Source: an uncultured Gammaproteobacteria bacterium
GTDB taxonomy: Bacteria; Pseudomonadota; Gammaproteobacteria; SZUA-152
NCBI GenBank assembly: GCA_913009875.1
Contig: CAJVYS010000005.1
Coordinates: 1-54,004, forward strand
Reading direction: 5' to 3'
Length of the DNA: 54,004 nt
This document shows, one piece after another, positions 28,162 through 39,073 of the stretch. The translations under genes and the position numbers were made by a program. Numbering within the stretch: the first letter of the stretch is position 1; each line of letters begins with the position of its first letter. The notes beneath the pieces are model-generated. The model searched no databases and had not been told where the DNA came from. It saw only the letters and a program-made list of their open reading frames with translations.

Positions 28162-28590
28162 TTACTTGAGATTCAGCACCTTGACCGAATCATTCACCGA
28201 GTTTCGGTACACATAGCCCAGTGCCAGAGGCTGTTCCGCCACCCACGCCAGCATGGCTTCATCACCCTTCTTGACGATCGGCGGCGTTCCCTTGCCGGTG
28301 AAGATCCGCTTCGACCAATACGCTTTCAGCCTGGATGCACTCTTGCCGATCATCACTTCGTAGAAGATCTTTCTGACGGTGCTTTTTTCCGGCTGATCCG
28401 CGGGAATGACCTTCCCCCCGCCGGGAAAGAATTTATTCTTGCCCAGATAGATCTTTTTCACATTCTTCAGGGTCATTTCAGACAGGGGGTTGGCCGGGTT
28501 AACGATCAATACGACCTCGTCAGCCTGGGCAGCAGTGGCGGCAAAAATCAATACCGCCATCAGCATCAGCGTACTCACATAGGTTTTCAT
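28162..28590 (-). CDS. Small periplasmic PBP-like protein (family usually annotated 'phosphate ABC transporter substrate-binding protein')
   Basis: Signal peptide AQA, VIVNPANP-like start, IYLGK, YWSKRIFTGKGTPP, ALGYV. Confidence 0.75.
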   Translation of the reverse strand: MKTYVSTLMLMAVLIFAATAAQADEVVLIVNPANPLSEMTLKNVKKIYLGKNKFFPGGGKVIPADQPEKSTVRKIFYEVMIGKSASRLKAYWSKRIFTGKGTPPIVKKGDEAMLAWVAEQPLALGYVYRNSVNDSVKVLNLK

Positions 28591-28602
28591 GCTTCATGAC
28601 TC

Positions 28603-29661
28603 CTAAAAGACCAGCTCCAGTGCGACGCCGTAAATGAGAACATTATCCTCATCCGGCTTGGTATTAAACAGGCCGTAGCCACCATCATCATTGGGGTTAT
28701 CTCCCGGTGTCACCTGTTTAACATCGACCTTCAGGGCCGTATTCGAGGTCAACTCCGTGCGCAGTCCGAGGGTGATTTCCTCCTGCCCCCAACCCCCATT
28801 CACATCCCAATGGCCATAGGTCACATGGGGCATGAAGTCCCCAAAGCGGTACCCCATCATGGCATAACCGGTTGTGGTCTTCATCCTGTCTACGCCCATG
28901 GTGGAACGACCGATCTCGGCGCTGAAAACAAGGCTTTCCATGTCCAGACCAATGCCTGCGGCATAGGTGGTGTGCTGTTTGTTATTCATGGGGGCTCTAG
29001 GACCCGTTTCAATCTCCATGATACCCGTGGTGGCACTTAACTGGAGGCGTAGCATGTCCGCCCAGTTAAAGCCCAGCTTGGCGCCAATCAACTGGTTGAG
29101 ATGGCCATCCGGCACATCCAGCAAACCACCAAAAAGATTGAAGTCGAATTCTGTCTCATCGCCGATCGAGGTAAATACCAAGCCGACGCCGCTATAGGAA
29201 ATCGGCGTCATATTTGGCCCAATGGCATTCTGATTATAGAAGGCCTCCGGCGCACGTATCCAGGGATAGGTATAACCCACCTCGGCATATTCGTTATACA
29301 ACCCGACCGGGTATTTAATTTCACCCACGTTGACGGCAAACCCGTCGGAGTAGTCATAGGTGGCGTAGGCCCAGTCCATCTCCATGCTGTAATCTTCGAC
29401 GCCCTTGGCCTTCATCTGCGCCGCAAAACGCCATTTTTCATCGACCTGGGTCGTCACGGTCAGGCCCAGGCGGGTGTCCTTGGTGGTGCCTTTGTCAGAG
29501 ATATCGCCAGAATAATGGACATCCTCACCCGCACCGGATGTCGCCATGTAGGCACCGGTCAAAAAACCATGCCATTGGATCTCACCAATTTCTCCCCCAC
29601 TCGCCGTAAACGGCGCAGCTACGCATAAGGTAGCTATGCAAAATCGCCCTAACTTGTTCAT
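28603..29661 (-). CDS. Outer-membrane beta-barrel/porin-like protein
   Basis: Signal peptide, DWAYATY, VGYTYPWIRAP, terminal YGVALELVF; GGAGGAG RBS. Confidence 0.75.
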   Translation of the reverse strand: MNKLGRFCIATLCVAAPFTASGGEIGEIQWHGFLTGAYMATSGAGEDVHYSGDISDKGTTKDTRLGLTVTTQVDEKWRFAAQMKAKGVEDYSMEMDWAYATYDYSDGFAVNVGEIKYPVGLYNEYAEVGYTYPWIRAPEAFYNQNAIGPNMTPISYSGVGLVFTSIGDETEFDFNLFGGLLDVPDGHLNQLIGAKLGFNWADMLRLQLSATTGIMEIETGPRAPMNNKQHTTYAAGIGLDMESLVFSAEIGRSTMGVDRMKTTTGYAMMGYRFGDFMPHVTYGHWDVNGGWGQEEITLGLRTELTSNTALKVDVKQVTPGDNPNDDGGYGLFNTKPDEDNVLIYGVALELVF

Positions 29662-29994
29662 GCAGGTACTCCTCCTGGTCTCATCAAACTTCAATTATCC
29701 ATGCATAACCATCACCATCGGCAGGCACATGGAAAACTTTACAGTGCTTCTGATTAACGTGAAGCACCTTCGGACAGGGATATCCCCCATTAATCCAATG
29801 GAAAATTAATGAGTGCATAATGAAAACACATATTGCACAATTGGCCAAACCATATTTGTTGCTCTCTCGTGCCCAAGCACTTACCGGTCATGGTCTTAAG
29901 ATTATTCTATGCCAGTCGATACAAGACTTGCCCCCCAGCCCGGACAGTTAGAGAGGGCTTTCACTACTTGGACCCGCAAGAAGGTAACTTCACT

Positions 29995-30873
29995 ATGCGT
30001 CATTTCGCCACGATGCGACTTATCATCAGAACATTGTTCATTTTGCTACTATCAGCACTTGCGCCACAACTGGTGTTTGCCGATGACGACTTGCAAACGC
30101 TTCGCCAGGCCGCTGAGACGGATCAATCCGCCAAGGCCCAGTACCAGCTGGGGCTCCGGTATTTGCAGGGTAAAGAAGTCAATCAGGACAGCCGATCGGC
30201 CGTGATGTGGCTGCAGCGTGCGGCAGAACAGAATTATGCGCCGGCCCAGTATCAGCTGGGAGAGCTGTACCGGACCGGCAATGGGGTCGATATCGATGCG
30301 GCCGCGGCCGTCGAATACCTGACCAGTGCAGCCGAACAGGGATACCCTACGGCACAATACAGGCTGGGCACCCTGTATCTGACCGGCAACCTGGTTGAAC
30401 AGGATCTGATTACCGCCACAGAATGGATGGAGCTGGCATCAGAGCATGGCTATACGGAAGCCAGGCAGGCCCTGGCCGACCTTAATGAAGCGATGCCAGC
30501 CGACACCGTCACAACGCCAAGCCCAGAGGCACAACAGACAGAAGACCCTACCAACGAAGAATCCGCCCCCCCCTTGACCCTCGACACCCGTGCAGCGGAG
30601 CAGGATGATGCGGAGACGCAATATCAGCTGGGCGAAGCCTACCGAACGGGTACCGGAGAGGGCATTTCCCGCAGTTTCAAGGAGGCCGCCCGATGGTACG
30701 GGCTGGCCGCCGAACAGGGACATCCCGAGGCCCAGTACCAGCTTGGCGAGTTTTACTCCAAGGGGAGGGGCGTTAAGAAGAACAAAAAAATAGCACAAAA
30801 ATGGTACAAGGCTGCCGCCGAGCAAGGCCACGTCAAGGCCAAATACCGGCAACGTGGCTGTGGGTTTTGCTAG
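29995..30873 (+). CDS. Sel1-repeat (SLR) secreted protein
   Basis: Multiple AQYQLG..Y..G.GV...A..W...AAEQG repeats; start uncertain (29995 or 30013). Confidence 0.85.
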   Translation: MRHFATMRLIIRTLFILLLSALAPQLVFADDDLQTLRQAAETDQSAKAQYQLGLRYLQGKEVNQDSRSAVMWLQRAAEQNYAPAQYQLGELYRTGNGVDIDAAAAVEYLTSAAEQGYPTAQYRLGTLYLTGNLVEQDLITATEWMELASEHGYTEARQALADLNEAMPADTVTTPSPEAQQTEDPTNEESAPPLTLDTRAAEQDDAETQYQLGEAYRTGTGEGISRSFKEAARWYGLAAEQGHPEAQYQLGEFYSKGRGVKKNKKIAQKWYKAAAEQGHVKAKYRQRGCGFC

Positions 30874-30920
30874 TACTCCGACAAGGTTGTACTAGAACCT
30901 AAGCAGATATGGAAGCAAAG

Positions 30921-31694
30921 ATGAAATTACTGCTCGTCCTTTTATTGTTGATCTTTCCCCTGGTCTCGACAGCGGCGGCCTATCGCTGGGTGGATGAAAA
31001 CGGCAATGTACGTTTTGGCAGCAAGCCCGAACCGGAAAAATCTGTACCTGCCGCAAAAATTGAACCAAAAGCACCCGCCAAGGTGTCAGATAAACCCATC
31101 GGCACGAAACCGATACCGGACAAGGTGCTGCCCACTGCACCTGTCACGTCGCCCGAGGCCCGTCGCGGTATCAATTCCCCCCTATCCACACAGAGACCCC
31201 AGCACACAAAACCGGCCACAAGGGCTATGCCTGTAGATAGCGGGAAAACACCCAAACCGGCGCCTGCCAGGCCGGTATTGAAGGCCATACCCACACCCGC
31301 ACCGGTACCCAAGGTAGAGGTCAAACCCGCACCAATACCCGCGCAGAGGGCCAACAAACCACCGGCAGCCAAGCCCGTCCCGCAAAAGAAAAAAGAGAAG
31401 GTGGTCAAAACTGCACCGAAAGCCAACAAGAAGATCAGCCAGCCATCTGCCACCAAGCCCGCCAAGAAGAAACCGGCGACGAAGAAAGCCATAGCGAAGA
31501 AGGCACCCGCCCCCAAACCTGCAACCCCGGCAACAGATGCCGACACCGACAAGAATGCGGAGTTATGCGGGATGTTTACGAACTATGTCAGCAACTATCA
31601 GAACAAGCTCATAGGCTGCCAGGGAGCGACCTGTACCATCTACGAGAAATCACTGGTCAAATATCAGAAAAAACAGAAGACCTACTGCCGCTGA
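30921..31694 (+). CDS. DUF4124-like secreted protein with Pro/Lys/Ala-rich linker and Cys-containing C-terminus
   Basis: Signal peptide then YRWVDENGNVRFGSKP. Confidence 0.7.
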   Translation: MKLLLVLLLLIFPLVSTAAAYRWVDENGNVRFGSKPEPEKSVPAAKIEPKAPAKVSDKPIGTKPIPDKVLPTAPVTSPEARRGINSPLSTQRPQHTKPATRAMPVDSGKTPKPAPARPVLKAIPTPAPVPKVEVKPAPIPAQRANKPPAAKPVPQKKKEKVVKTAPKANKKISQPSATKPAKKKPATKKAIAKKAPAPKPATPATDADTDKNAELCGMFTNYVSNYQNKLIGCQGATCTIYEKSLVKYQKKQKTYCR

Positions 31695-31766
31695 CCTTTT
31701 TACCTTCAGCGACTTGTCGTGCCCCTCACCCCAATCCTCTTCCAGAGAGGAGTATCAACCTCGCAT

Positions 31767-31933
31767 CGTCATGCCGGACTTTTTCCGGCATCCAGTGGTT
31801 TTACGTTCGTAGGTTGGGGTGAGGGACGAACCCCAACATGCCGAGAGTTTTGTATTGTGCGGTTTTGTTTATTTGGGGTTCGTCCCTCACCCCAATCTAC
31901 CGCACTGGATTCCGGAACAGGCCCGGAATGACG
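31767..31933. repeat. Nested element: outer GTCAT(G/T)CCGG...CCAGTG IRs enclosing a GTAGGTTGGGG REP doublet (31809-31900)
   Basis: CGTCATGCCGGA..CCGGCATCCAGTG pairs with CACTGGATTCCGG..CCGGAATGACG; inner GTAGGTTGGGGTGAGGGACGAACCCCAA pairs with TTGGGGTTCGTCCCTCACCCCAATCTAC. Confidence 0.8.
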
Positions 31934-31953
31934 GCCGTAAGCTTGGTTAGGAC

Positions 31954-34734
31954 TTACCCGGTGCCTAACAGCTTATGGATCGTCGCCAGCATCGGGCCAC
32001 GGTCATAGGGTTTGCTGAAGAAGCTGCGAATACCCACAGCCCTGGCCGCTTCCTTGTCGACCTGTTCGCTGCATCCGCTACAGAGGATGATTGGCAACCC
32101 CGGCCGCAACTCAACAATTTCCGCCGCCAGCTCCACACCGGTCATGGCTGGCATGGTCTGATCCGTAATCACCAGATCAACCTGTTCCGGGTGCTGCTGA
32201 AAATAGCTCAGGGCCTGCCGGCTATCAGCAAAGGTCTGTATGTCATAGCCCGCCCGGGAAAGCCAGGCCCGCATGAATCCGAGAATGGCTTTTTCATCAT
32301 CCACGATCAGAATATGCTGGCCCTCCCCCCCTGCAGCCGGGACATCGGCAGCGGGATTCTCTGATGGAAGTTTTCCATCGCTCTCCACGGGCTCAAACAG
32401 AAGACGGAAACTTGTCCCCTTGCCGATGGCTGAATCGACACGGATATGCCCGTGGCATTCATGCATGATGCCATGCACCATGGATAGGCCCAACCCGGTC
32501 CCATCACCCACATTCTTGGTGGTAAAAAAAGGTTCAAACAGATGCATGAGGGTGTAGCTGTCCATTCCCTGCCCGCTGTCACTCACTACTAATTCGACAT
32601 AATCACCGCTGATTGAATCGTGACAGGAGGCACACTCGTCCCCTGCGTGACGACGAAAATTCAGCCCCACCGTCAGCTCCCCCTTACCGTGCATGGCGTC
32701 ACGGGCATTGATGCAGAGATTCATGATCAGTTGCTGTAGCTGTACCGGCTCTGCACGGATCTGCGGAAGATCTTCCACCAGTCTGTCAAACTTCAAATGG
32801 ATGCTCGCCGGCAGGGTAGCCGTGAGCATTTTGAGGGTTTCCTTGACCAACGGCACCGGATCAAGTGGCTTGGCCTGACTATCACCGGTACGGCTGAAGG
32901 TCAGCATCTGCTGAATCAGATCCCGCGCACGTTCGCCGGCGCGATACACCTGCCCCAGATACTCCTCGAGCTTTTCCTGCCCTTCACCGACACAACGAGT
33001 CATTGCCAGATCGGTGTAACCCATAATGCTGGCCAGAATATTATTGAAGTCATGGGAAATACCTGCGGTTAGCTGCCCAACCACCTCCATCTTTTGCGCC
33101 TGCTGCATACGTTCATCCATGCGGCGGCGCTCTTCCTGAACATCACGATGCTCGGTGACATCCTGCAGGTAGACCGACATCCCTTCAGGCGATGGGTAGA
33201 TATGCAACGAGAACCAACGTGACATTGGCGGATAAAAACCTTCTGAGCGCACCAGGGACTGGGTTTTCATGGCCTGATGCAGAGGTTTGAAGAAGAAACT
33301 CGCCACCTCGGGCAGGACATCCCAAATAATCTCTCCCCTGACCTCATCCCACGAGGTGTCGAACATCATGCTGGCGGTTTGATTCAAATAGGTAAAATGC
33401 CAGTCGGCGGTCAGAGAAAAGAAGCCATCGCTAATGCGATTGAGCATTTTGAACAATTCATCATTGCGTGCCGCCAGGGCTGTTTCGGCAGCCATGCGCT
33501 GCAACTCCAGTGCCGCACGCTCTGCCGCCACGCACAACAGGGCTCGATCCGTGGAAGACTCCACACAAGGTTTGTCATCCAGGGCGAATAAAATACCGAT
33601 GCATTCACCTTCGGTACCCAGCAGTCGCTCACCACGGTAACAAACGGCACCGATGTCACGCAGCATGTCATCATCCGGATAACGCTCCGCAGCCCGATCC
33701 GGAATGATCAGAGAGCGGTGATCACGACACACCTCGGCACAGGGCGTACCGGCCAGATCGTAGCTGAAGGTTTCAGCCTCATGATCCGTATCCCAGAAAC
33801 CCAGCACCTCAACACGCTTTCCGTCATCGATGAGGCGCCCGATACCCGTCCAGCGATAGCCCAGTGCTTGCGAAACAGACCGGGATATATCGTGAAAGAC
33901 ATGCTGGGAAGAGGCCGTCACGGTCAGTGACTCCAGGGCCGTGTTGATCCGCTGCCGTTCACTGATATCACGCACAATGGCAATGCACTGGCCATGATCC
34001 GGGCCTTCCGGAAAATACTGCAGGAATATTTCCACCGGTATGCGCTTGCCGGATTTGGCCACGTGCGTGGTCTCCAGGGTCAGGTGATCCCGTTCCCCCC
34101 CGATCAGCGGGGCCATCGTTTCACGGAACCGGGCTTCATCATACCCAGGCTTGATATCCAGCGGCGTCATCGCCAGCAGTTCAGGCTCCGTATAACCCAC
34201 CTGTTCCACCGCCCCCAGATTGACATACATAAATCTGAGCGTGCGCGAATCAAACAGGAATACGCAGTCCAGCGTCTGGTCGAGGATATGTTTGAAATGC
34301 GCCAGCCCCTTTTGCGCACGAATGCGATCACTCACATCGGTGCGGATCGAAATATATTGCTCAGGTTTCCCCTTTTCATTGAGCAGCGGCATGATGGTGG
34401 TCTGCACCCAATAGGAGGGACCTTCCTTGGTGCGGTTCTCAATCATCCCCTGCCAGGCATCACCATTAACAATGGTACGCCACATATCACGGAAGAAACC
34501 GTCGGAATGGACTGTCGATTTCACAATGCGATGATTCCGCCCCAGCAGCTCCTCTCTGTGGTATCCCGAAATCTCACAGAACTTGTCATTGACGTAGGTA
34601 ATCTTTCCGCTGACATCCGTGATGGAAACCACGGCATGCTCATCCAGCACCACCTGCAGGCCCTGCAATTGTGCGATCGACAAGGCCTTTTTTTCATACC
34701 GCATCGGAGAATCACTACTTGGTGCCATCTTCAC
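31954..34734 (-). CDS. Cytoplasmic hybrid histidine kinase (PAS-PAS-GAF-PAS-HisKA-HATPase-REC)
   Basis: GISHDFNNIL H-box, NARDAM, GTGLGL, C-terminal TDQTMP REC; start uncertain. Confidence 0.9.
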   Translation of the reverse strand: MKMAPSSDSPMRYEKKALSIAQLQGLQVVLDEHAVVSITDVSGKITYVNDKFCEISGYHREELLGRNHRIVKSTVHSDGFFRDMWRTIVNGDAWQGMIENRTKEGPSYWVQTTIMPLLNEKGKPEQYISIRTDVSDRIRAQKGLAHFKHILDQTLDCVFLFDSRTLRFMYVNLGAVEQVGYTEPELLAMTPLDIKPGYDEARFRETMAPLIGGERDHLTLETTHVAKSGKRIPVEIFLQYFPEGPDHGQCIAIVRDISERQRINTALESLTVTASSQHVFHDISRSVSQALGYRWTGIGRLIDDGKRVEVLGFWDTDHEAETFSYDLAGTPCAEVCRDHRSLIIPDRAAERYPDDDMLRDIGAVCYRGERLLGTEGECIGILFALDDKPCVESSTDRALLCVAAERAALELQRMAAETALAARNDELFKMLNRISDGFFSLTADWHFTYLNQTASMMFDTSWDEVRGEIIWDVLPEVASFFFKPLHQAMKTQSLVRSEGFYPPMSRWFSLHIYPSPEGMSVYLQDVTEHRDVQEERRRMDERMQQAQKMEVVGQLTAGISHDFNNILASIMGYTDLAMTRCVGEGQEKLEEYLGQVYRAGERARDLIQQMLTFSRTGDSQAKPLDPVPLVKETLKMLTATLPASIHLKFDRLVEDLPQIRAEPVQLQQLIMNLCINARDAMHGKGELTVGLNFRRHAGDECASCHDSISGDYVELVVSDSGQGMDSYTLMHLFEPFFTTKNVGDGTGLGLSMVHGIMHECHGHIRVDSAIGKGTSFRLLFEPVESDGKLPSENPAADVPAAGGEGQHILIVDDEKAILGFMRAWLSRAGYDIQTFADSRQALSYFQQHPEQVDLVITDQTMPAMTGVELAAEIVELRPGLPIILCSGCSEQVDKEAARAVGIRSFFSKPYDRGPMLATIHKLLGTG

Positions 34735-35791
34735 TCCAGGTCAGGGCGCCGGTACGGAGGATATTCTCGAATATTTCCGTTCCCATATCGGCCTCGGACG
34801 AAGCGGGCATGCACAAGTCCTCCGGACGGCTTTGCAGAATATCGTGAAAAACCATCATCAGCTCAGGGTCACGCCAGCCCTTCCCTGTCTCCTCCTCCAG
34901 GATGGCGAGGATCTTTTCATCGGAGAAGGCCTTTTTGTAGGGCCGTTCATTGGCCAGGGCATCGTAAATATCGGCAAACTGGAAAATACGTGCCAACAGA
35001 GGAATTTCCTTGCCTTTCAGGCCGTCCGGGTAACCGCCGCCATCCCAGCGCTCGTGATGATTCCTCACCACCGGCAAGGTCAGATCCATGCTCTTCAGCC
35101 CCTGCAACAACTCGGCGCCGATGATGGTGTGCTGGCGCATGACGACCCATTCCTCATCGGACAGCGGCCCGTTCTTGAGCAGGATGCTGTCGGGGATGCC
35201 GAGTTTGCCGATATCATGCAGCACACCACCACGCCGCAGGGCGGTCAGCTCTTCTTCGCTCAGCCCCAGCGCCTTGCCGATAACCACCGAGGTATGCGCC
35301 AGGCGGGAACAGTGATTGCCGGTGTGCTCATCACGTGCCTCCACCATGCGCGCGAGAGCGAACAACAGGGTCTCGGCGTTCTCCAGTTGGTCGGTCAGAC
35401 GCTTGTAGCCGGCAAAGTTCTCGGTACGGGCGATCAGCTCCAGTGGATTGTAGGGCTTGCGAATAAAATCATTGGCGCCGGCCCGCATGCTCTTGAGCAG
35501 CTCTTCACGGGCATTGGTGCCGGTCACCATGATCACCGGCAGCAAATCCAGCCCCAGCTCACCACGAATGCGCCGGCACAGCTCATCGCCATCCATGCCC
35601 GGCATACGCTTGTCCAGCAGTACCACGTCGAACTCCTGCTCGCGCAGCAGGACCAGTGCCTCCTCGCCATTACTGGCCTCGCTGATAGCGTACTGGGGGC
35701 CATCCAGCACCTCCTTCTCAAGGGTGCGATGGATCTCCTCGTCATCGACAAGCAGGATTCGATAGGGTTTCTGGCTATCGGACGGATTCAC
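34715..35791 (-). CDS. REC and HD-GYP c-di-GMP phosphodiesterase (RpfG-like)
   Basis: LLDKRMP REC; LHDIGK, HHERWDGGGYP. Confidence 0.9.
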   Translation of the reverse strand: MNPSDSQKPYRILLVDDEEIHRTLEKEVLDGPQYAISEASNGEEALVLLREQEFDVVLLDKRMPGMDGDELCRRIRGELGLDLLPVIMVTGTNAREELLKSMRAGANDFIRKPYNPLELIARTENFAGYKRLTDQLENAETLLFALARMVEARDEHTGNHCSRLAHTSVVIGKALGLSEEELTALRRGGVLHDIGKLGIPDSILLKNGPLSDEEWVVMRQHTIIGAELLQGLKSMDLTLPVVRNHHERWDGGGYPDGLKGKEIPLLARIFQFADIYDALANERPYKKAFSDEKILAILEEETGKGWRDPELMMVFHDILQSRPEDLCMPASSEADMGTEIFENILRTGALTWSEDGTK

Positions 35792-35898
35792 AACACATCA
35801 GGGCTCTTGAGTAGTAACAATTTTGGAATACCCAGCAAGGATTATCGACATAACAAGCATAATCTTGATGCCAAGTGATAATGCTGCACGGTGAAAAA

Positions 35899-36792
35899 TC
35901 AGCGTGCCGTCAGCGCCACATACAGCGATTTATCCTGCGCCGTGGCGCCGCGCCGTTCGCACAGGGCCGAGGCGAAGACGATAGCCTGATCCAGCATCTG
36001 CTGCGGCGGGTGTCCTCGCATCAGCCCGGCGATAAGCACAGCGGAAAAGCCATCGCCGGCGCCCACTGTATCCACCAGGTTCTGCACCGGCACCGGCACA
36101 CCATTGAGGATGCCTTCGGGCAGCACCATAAAGGCGCCCTTCGCGCCGCAGGTGACCACCAGCATTTGTAGTTCACACTGCACAAACAGCTCCCGCGCCG
36201 CCTCCTGTTGCGTCTCCAGGGTATCGAACTGCCCGCGCATGGCGCTGTTCAGTTCATCGCTGTTGAGCTTGACCCAGGTGGCGTGGCGCAACAGGGACAC
36301 GGTGTGAGCCGGGTTCCACCACGGGTCACGAATATTGAGATCGAGAAAAACAGGCAGTCCGCTCTCTGCCTGCAGTTGCAGCAGGGCCGCCCGCGAGGTG
36401 GCGTTGCGCAGGATCAGGCTGCCGTGATAAATCAGCCCGGCCGGCACCTGCTGCACGGCCACCATCGCCGCCTCGGCATCGATGGCGTCATAGGCCTGGT
36501 CGGGCAGGATATTGTAGCTGGGCTCGCCCTCCTTTACCTGCACCGCCACCACCCCAGTGGGCTTCTCGGGGTCCACCTGCACGGCATCCACCGGCAGCCC
36601 CCACTCCTGCATCAGGCGCAGCACCACGTTACCGCGCTCATCGTTACCGACACGGGAAATCAGCAGCGGCGTCACGCCCAGCCCCTGCAGATGCCAGGCA
36701 ACATTGAACGGTGCACCGCCAAGGACGATATTGCCGTCGGCAAAGCAGTCGAACAGCACTTCACCGAACAGGATGGGTTGGCCTTCAATCAT
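35899..36792 (-). CDS. PfkB-family carbohydrate kinase (fructokinase-like)
   Basis: GGAPFNVAWHL, DTVGAGDGF. Confidence 0.88.
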   Translation of the reverse strand: MIEGQPILFGEVLFDCFADGNIVLGGAPFNVAWHLQGLGVTPLLISRVGNDERGNVVLRLMQEWGLPVDAVQVDPEKPTGVVAVQVKEGEPSYNILPDQAYDAIDAEAAMVAVQQVPAGLIYHGSLILRNATSRAALLQLQAESGLPVFLDLNIRDPWWNPAHTVSLLRHATWVKLNSDELNSAMRGQFDTLETQQEAARELFVQCELQMLVVTCGAKGAFMVLPEGILNGVPVPVQNLVDTVGAGDGFSAVLIAGLMRGHPPQQMLDQAIVFASALCERRGATAQDKSLYVALTAR

Positions 36793-36850
36793 CGCCTGCG
36801 GGGATTCCTTCGTCGTGTGGGGCTAAAAACATGAACGGGTACTCGCTGCT

Positions 36851-37372
36851 TCAGGGTATCGGCGTGGGAGATGCCTCCGGCAACGGCCCCTCCCCGATCC
36901 ACACCCGTGTCCCCACCTCAACCTGATCGAACAGCGCCGCCACCTCGCGGTTGCGCATCTTTACACAGCCGTGGGAGCCGGGCTGGCCCAGCACGTCGTC
37001 GTCGGGGCATCCATGAATATAGACATAGCGGCGCAGGGTATCCACCACGCCGAGACGGTTGCGACCCCGCTCCAGCCCGGACAGCCAGAGGATGCGGGTC
37101 AGCACCCAGTCGCGCCGTGGATGCTGCACGCGCAACGCCGGGGTATAGATCTCACCACTGGGACGACGGCCGACAAACACCGTGCCGAGCGGCGCATCGG
37201 TGCCAATCTTGGCACGAATCTGATGCCAGCCGCGCGGCGTGCACTCACTGCCACGTTGTTCGCCGGGGCCATTGGCCGCCGTGGATACCGCCACGTCCAT
37301 CAGCACATGCCCACCCTCGCGCAGCTGCAGGCGCTGTTCGGCAATGCTTATCAGGATCATCTTTTCCACCAT
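36851..37372 (-). CDS. L,D-transpeptidase (YkuD family)
   Basis: YIHG...GSHGCVKM catalytic motif. Confidence 0.85.
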   Translation of the reverse strand: MVEKMILISIAEQRLQLREGGHVLMDVAVSTAANGPGEQRGSECTPRGWHQIRAKIGTDAPLGTVFVGRRPSGEIYTPALRVQHPRRDWVLTRILWLSGLERGRNRLGVVDTLRRYVYIHGCPDDDVLGQPGSHGCVKMRNREVAALFDQVEVGTRVWIGEGPLPEASPTPIP

Positions 37373-37394
37373 TTTATCGCCTCGCAACTCGTTT

Positions 37395-37572
37395 GTAGGA
37401 GCAGGCCATGCCCGCGATTTTTTCTGACTGGCATGTTCTGGCGTTATGTGGGAGCGGCTTCAGCCGCGAATATCAGCAAGTTTTATTCGCGGCTAAAGCC
37501 GCTCCCACAATGTCTAAAACGACAAGCTCTGTGGTAAAAAAAAAGAACCATCGCGGGCATGGCCTGCTCCTA
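37395..37572. repeat. Composite REP element, copy A: outer GTAGGAGC.GGCCATGCCCGCGAT doublet enclosing an inner GTGGGAGCGGCTTCAGCCGCGAA doublet
   Basis: Both IR pairs visible; homologous inverted copy at 39807-39991. Confidence 0.85.
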
Positions 37573-37587
37573 TCAACATAAATACCG

Positions 37588-39048
37588 CTATTCACGCCGC
37601 ACCGACACCAATCCATCATAGTTGCCATCCAGGCTCAAGGCATAGCCCGCTATGCCCTCGCGTGCAGCAAATACATGATCCTCGTACCACAGCGGCACAT
37701 AGGGCAGCAGTTCCAGCAAACGCGCCTGCAAGCGACGATATAACACCGCCTGCTCCTCCAGTGTCGGCGCCGCGGCCGCCAGTTCAATCAGGGCGTCCGT
37801 CTGTGCATCACGGAAGCGGCCACGATTGGCACCATTGGGGGGCACCGCATCACTGTGAAACACATAACGAAAGATGTCCGGCGTCTTGATACCCACCCAG
37901 GACAGACTGAACATCTGGAAATTGCCGGCCTTGATATCACCGTAAAAGGTACCCCAATCGTAACTGCGCAGGTCCACCTCGATGCCCACTTCGCGCAGCT
38001 GGCTTTGCAGCACGGTGGCCAGGCGCACGCGGAACTGGTCCGTGGAGGTCTTGTAGCTCAGGCGCAGGGGATTATCCGGTGTGAAGCCGGCGGTGTGCAG
38101 GAGCGTCCGCGCGGACTCGGGATCGTAGGCGATCAACGGCAGATCGGCATTGCCGGCCCAATGGTCCGGCGGCAGCAGGGCGCTGGCCAGCCGCGCCGAC
38201 CCGTCCATCAGGTAGTGCACGATGGTCTCACGGTCGATGGCCTGGGCGATGGCGCGGCGCACGGCGGGATCGGCCAGCTGTGGGTCATCGAGATTGAAGC
38301 CGAGATAGGTGAAATTGGAGCCGCGCGCGCGCCGCACAGTGATGCCCTCTTCCTCCTTATTTTGCAGATAGTGCACCAGTTCCGGCGACAGGTCGTTCTG
38401 CAGCAAATCGACCTCGCCGCGCAGCAGCTTCAGCACCCGTACGGTGGGGTCGGAGACGCGTAGGAAGGTCAGCGCCTGACCGTCGTGCAGTCGCACCAGC
38501 TGCAGGTGGCCGTCGTCGGGCCAGGCCTGAAAACGGAACGGCCCGCTGCCCAGCGGATCACGGCTGAAGGCATGGCCGGCGGCCATCGCCCGTACCGGCA
38601 GAATGCCGATGACCAGATAGGCGGGAAACAGCACATCGGCACGGGAGAGGTGGAAATCGAGGGTGTCGCCGTCGATGACCTCGATGCGCTCGATCAGGGT
38701 CAGCGAGGCACGGTGCGGTGAGGCGTTGGCCGGGTCGAGAATGAAGTCGTAGGTGGCCTTGACATCACGCGCGGTGAGCCGGCTGCCGTCGTGGAATTCC
38801 CGCCCCGTGTCGCCAAGGCGGAAACGGTAGTGGGTCGGCGACAATCGTTGCCAGTCCGCGAGGGCCGGCACAGGCATCAGCCGCTCATCAAAATCCACCA
38901 GCCGTGCATACAGCAGGCGGTTGATGCGCGTGGAGGTGGCGTCGGTGGCGAAGCGTGGATCCAGGGTCACCGGGGCGCTGGCAAGGCCGAAGCGCAGAGT
39001 GTCATCCGGTGCGCGCGTGCAACCGCTGAGCAGCAGCGCGGCCAGCAT
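37588..39048 (-). CDS. ABC transporter peptide/nickel substrate-binding lipoprotein (family 5)
   Basis: LSGC lipobox, LDPRFATD, YLGFN..VRRAIAQAIDR; start codon uncertain. Confidence 0.85.
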   Translation of the reverse strand: MLAALLLSGCTRAPDDTLRFGLASAPVTLDPRFATDATSTRINRLLYARLVDFDERLMPVPALADWQRLSPTHYRFRLGDTGREFHDGSRLTARDVKATYDFILDPANASPHRASLTLIERIEVIDGDTLDFHLSRADVLFPAYLVIGILPVRAMAAGHAFSRDPLGSGPFRFQAWPDDGHLQLVRLHDGQALTFLRVSDPTVRVLKLLRGEVDLLQNDLSPELVHYLQNKEEEGITVRRARGSNFTYLGFNLDDPQLADPAVRRAIAQAIDRETIVHYLMDGSARLASALLPPDHWAGNADLPLIAYDPESARTLLHTAGFTPDNPLRLSYKTSTDQFRVRLATVLQSQLREVGIEVDLRSYDWGTFYGDIKAGNFQMFSLSWVGIKTPDIFRYVFHSDAVPPNGANRGRFRDAQTDALIELAAAAPTLEEQAVLYRRLQARLLELLPYVPLWYEDHVFAAREGIAGYALSLDGNYDGLVSVRRE

Positions 39049-39073
39049 CAGCAGCAGGGAAAGAACGAAGGAG

